Shown in pieces: positions 56,914 to 57,372 of a DNA stretch of 57,372 nucleotides (position 1 is its first letter; every line of letters begins with the position of its first letter). The DNA lies in NCBI GenBank assembly GCA_002269645.1, contig NIVC01004161.1, positions 1 to 57,372 of the forward strand, written 5' to 3'. The notes beneath the pieces are model-generated. The model did not search any database. It was not told where the DNA came from and saw only the letters and a program-made list of their open reading frames with translations. Both the position numbers and the translations under genes were made by a program. Origin of the DNA: Macrostomum lignano (lineage: Eukaryota).

Positions 56914-57372
56914 AACTATGCGTCTAAATGTTTTTATTCCATTGTCTCCAGTAGGTAGCTGCTGGTGTCCGCGTGAGCTTTGAATTTTCCTATATTTCCT
57001 TCACGCTTTTTTTACAACGCCAAACTGCCAACAAGCGCTAAAAATGCGCTTGTTGCACTCTTTTTGACAGCCAGTCTTTAAAAATCCAACAACGCATTTG
57101 TTTCTCCATTGTTTCGGTGGAAGTGAGAATTTGGAAAGACTGCAGTTATTTTTTACCTCATTTATATACAACGAGGCCAACTCCTCCGTTGGCGGAGTGA
57201 GGGGATAGAACTCCATCGCCAGAATTTCATTCCCGAAACCATCAGCTGAATCCAATGACACGAATCCGCATCGTCCAAATCCTCTCCAAATCCTATATTA
57301 ACCTCCCAAAAACCATGTTGTTTTACGCTGTGTGCAAAAATTGACTGCCTGCCATCGTCCAGACTGAGACTC

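Overview
Eukaryotic (animal) genomic DNA with GC-rich exons and AT-rich GT-AG introns. The host is inferred, not proven, to be a Macrostomum-like free-living flatworm. (1) 558-1776: a two-exon class A GPCR on the minus strand. (2) 2519-36935: about 26 exons of an axonemal inner-arm dynein heavy chain (DNAH14-like) whose 5' end lies outside the window. Its introns carry eight different minisatellites, nested MITEs, three SINEs and a probable nested antisense gene. (3) 37902-40286: a Mab-21/cGAS-like (cGLR) gene on the minus strand with degenerate catalytic motifs and a multi-pass membrane C-terminus. (4) 40761-56072: a 15.3-kb Polinton/Maverick (adintovirus-like) endogenous virus bounded by 92-bp TIRs starting AGTAGT. 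All its genes are on the + strand: a spliced unknown protein, a TBP-like protein, an internally deleted protein-primed PolB, dUTPase, a PLA2 protein, packaging ATPase, penton, a pX-like protein, chromo-integrase, a basic core protein, hexon (1-nt frameshift) and adenain. Most notable is the viral TBP-like ORF, which has no start codon of its own and begins in frame exactly at a 3' splice acceptor, as expected if it borrows the AUG at the end of the flatworm spliced leader. (5) 56073-57372: a repeat-containing ORF interrupted by the element. Several 1-nt indels in short runs may be long-read assembly errors.
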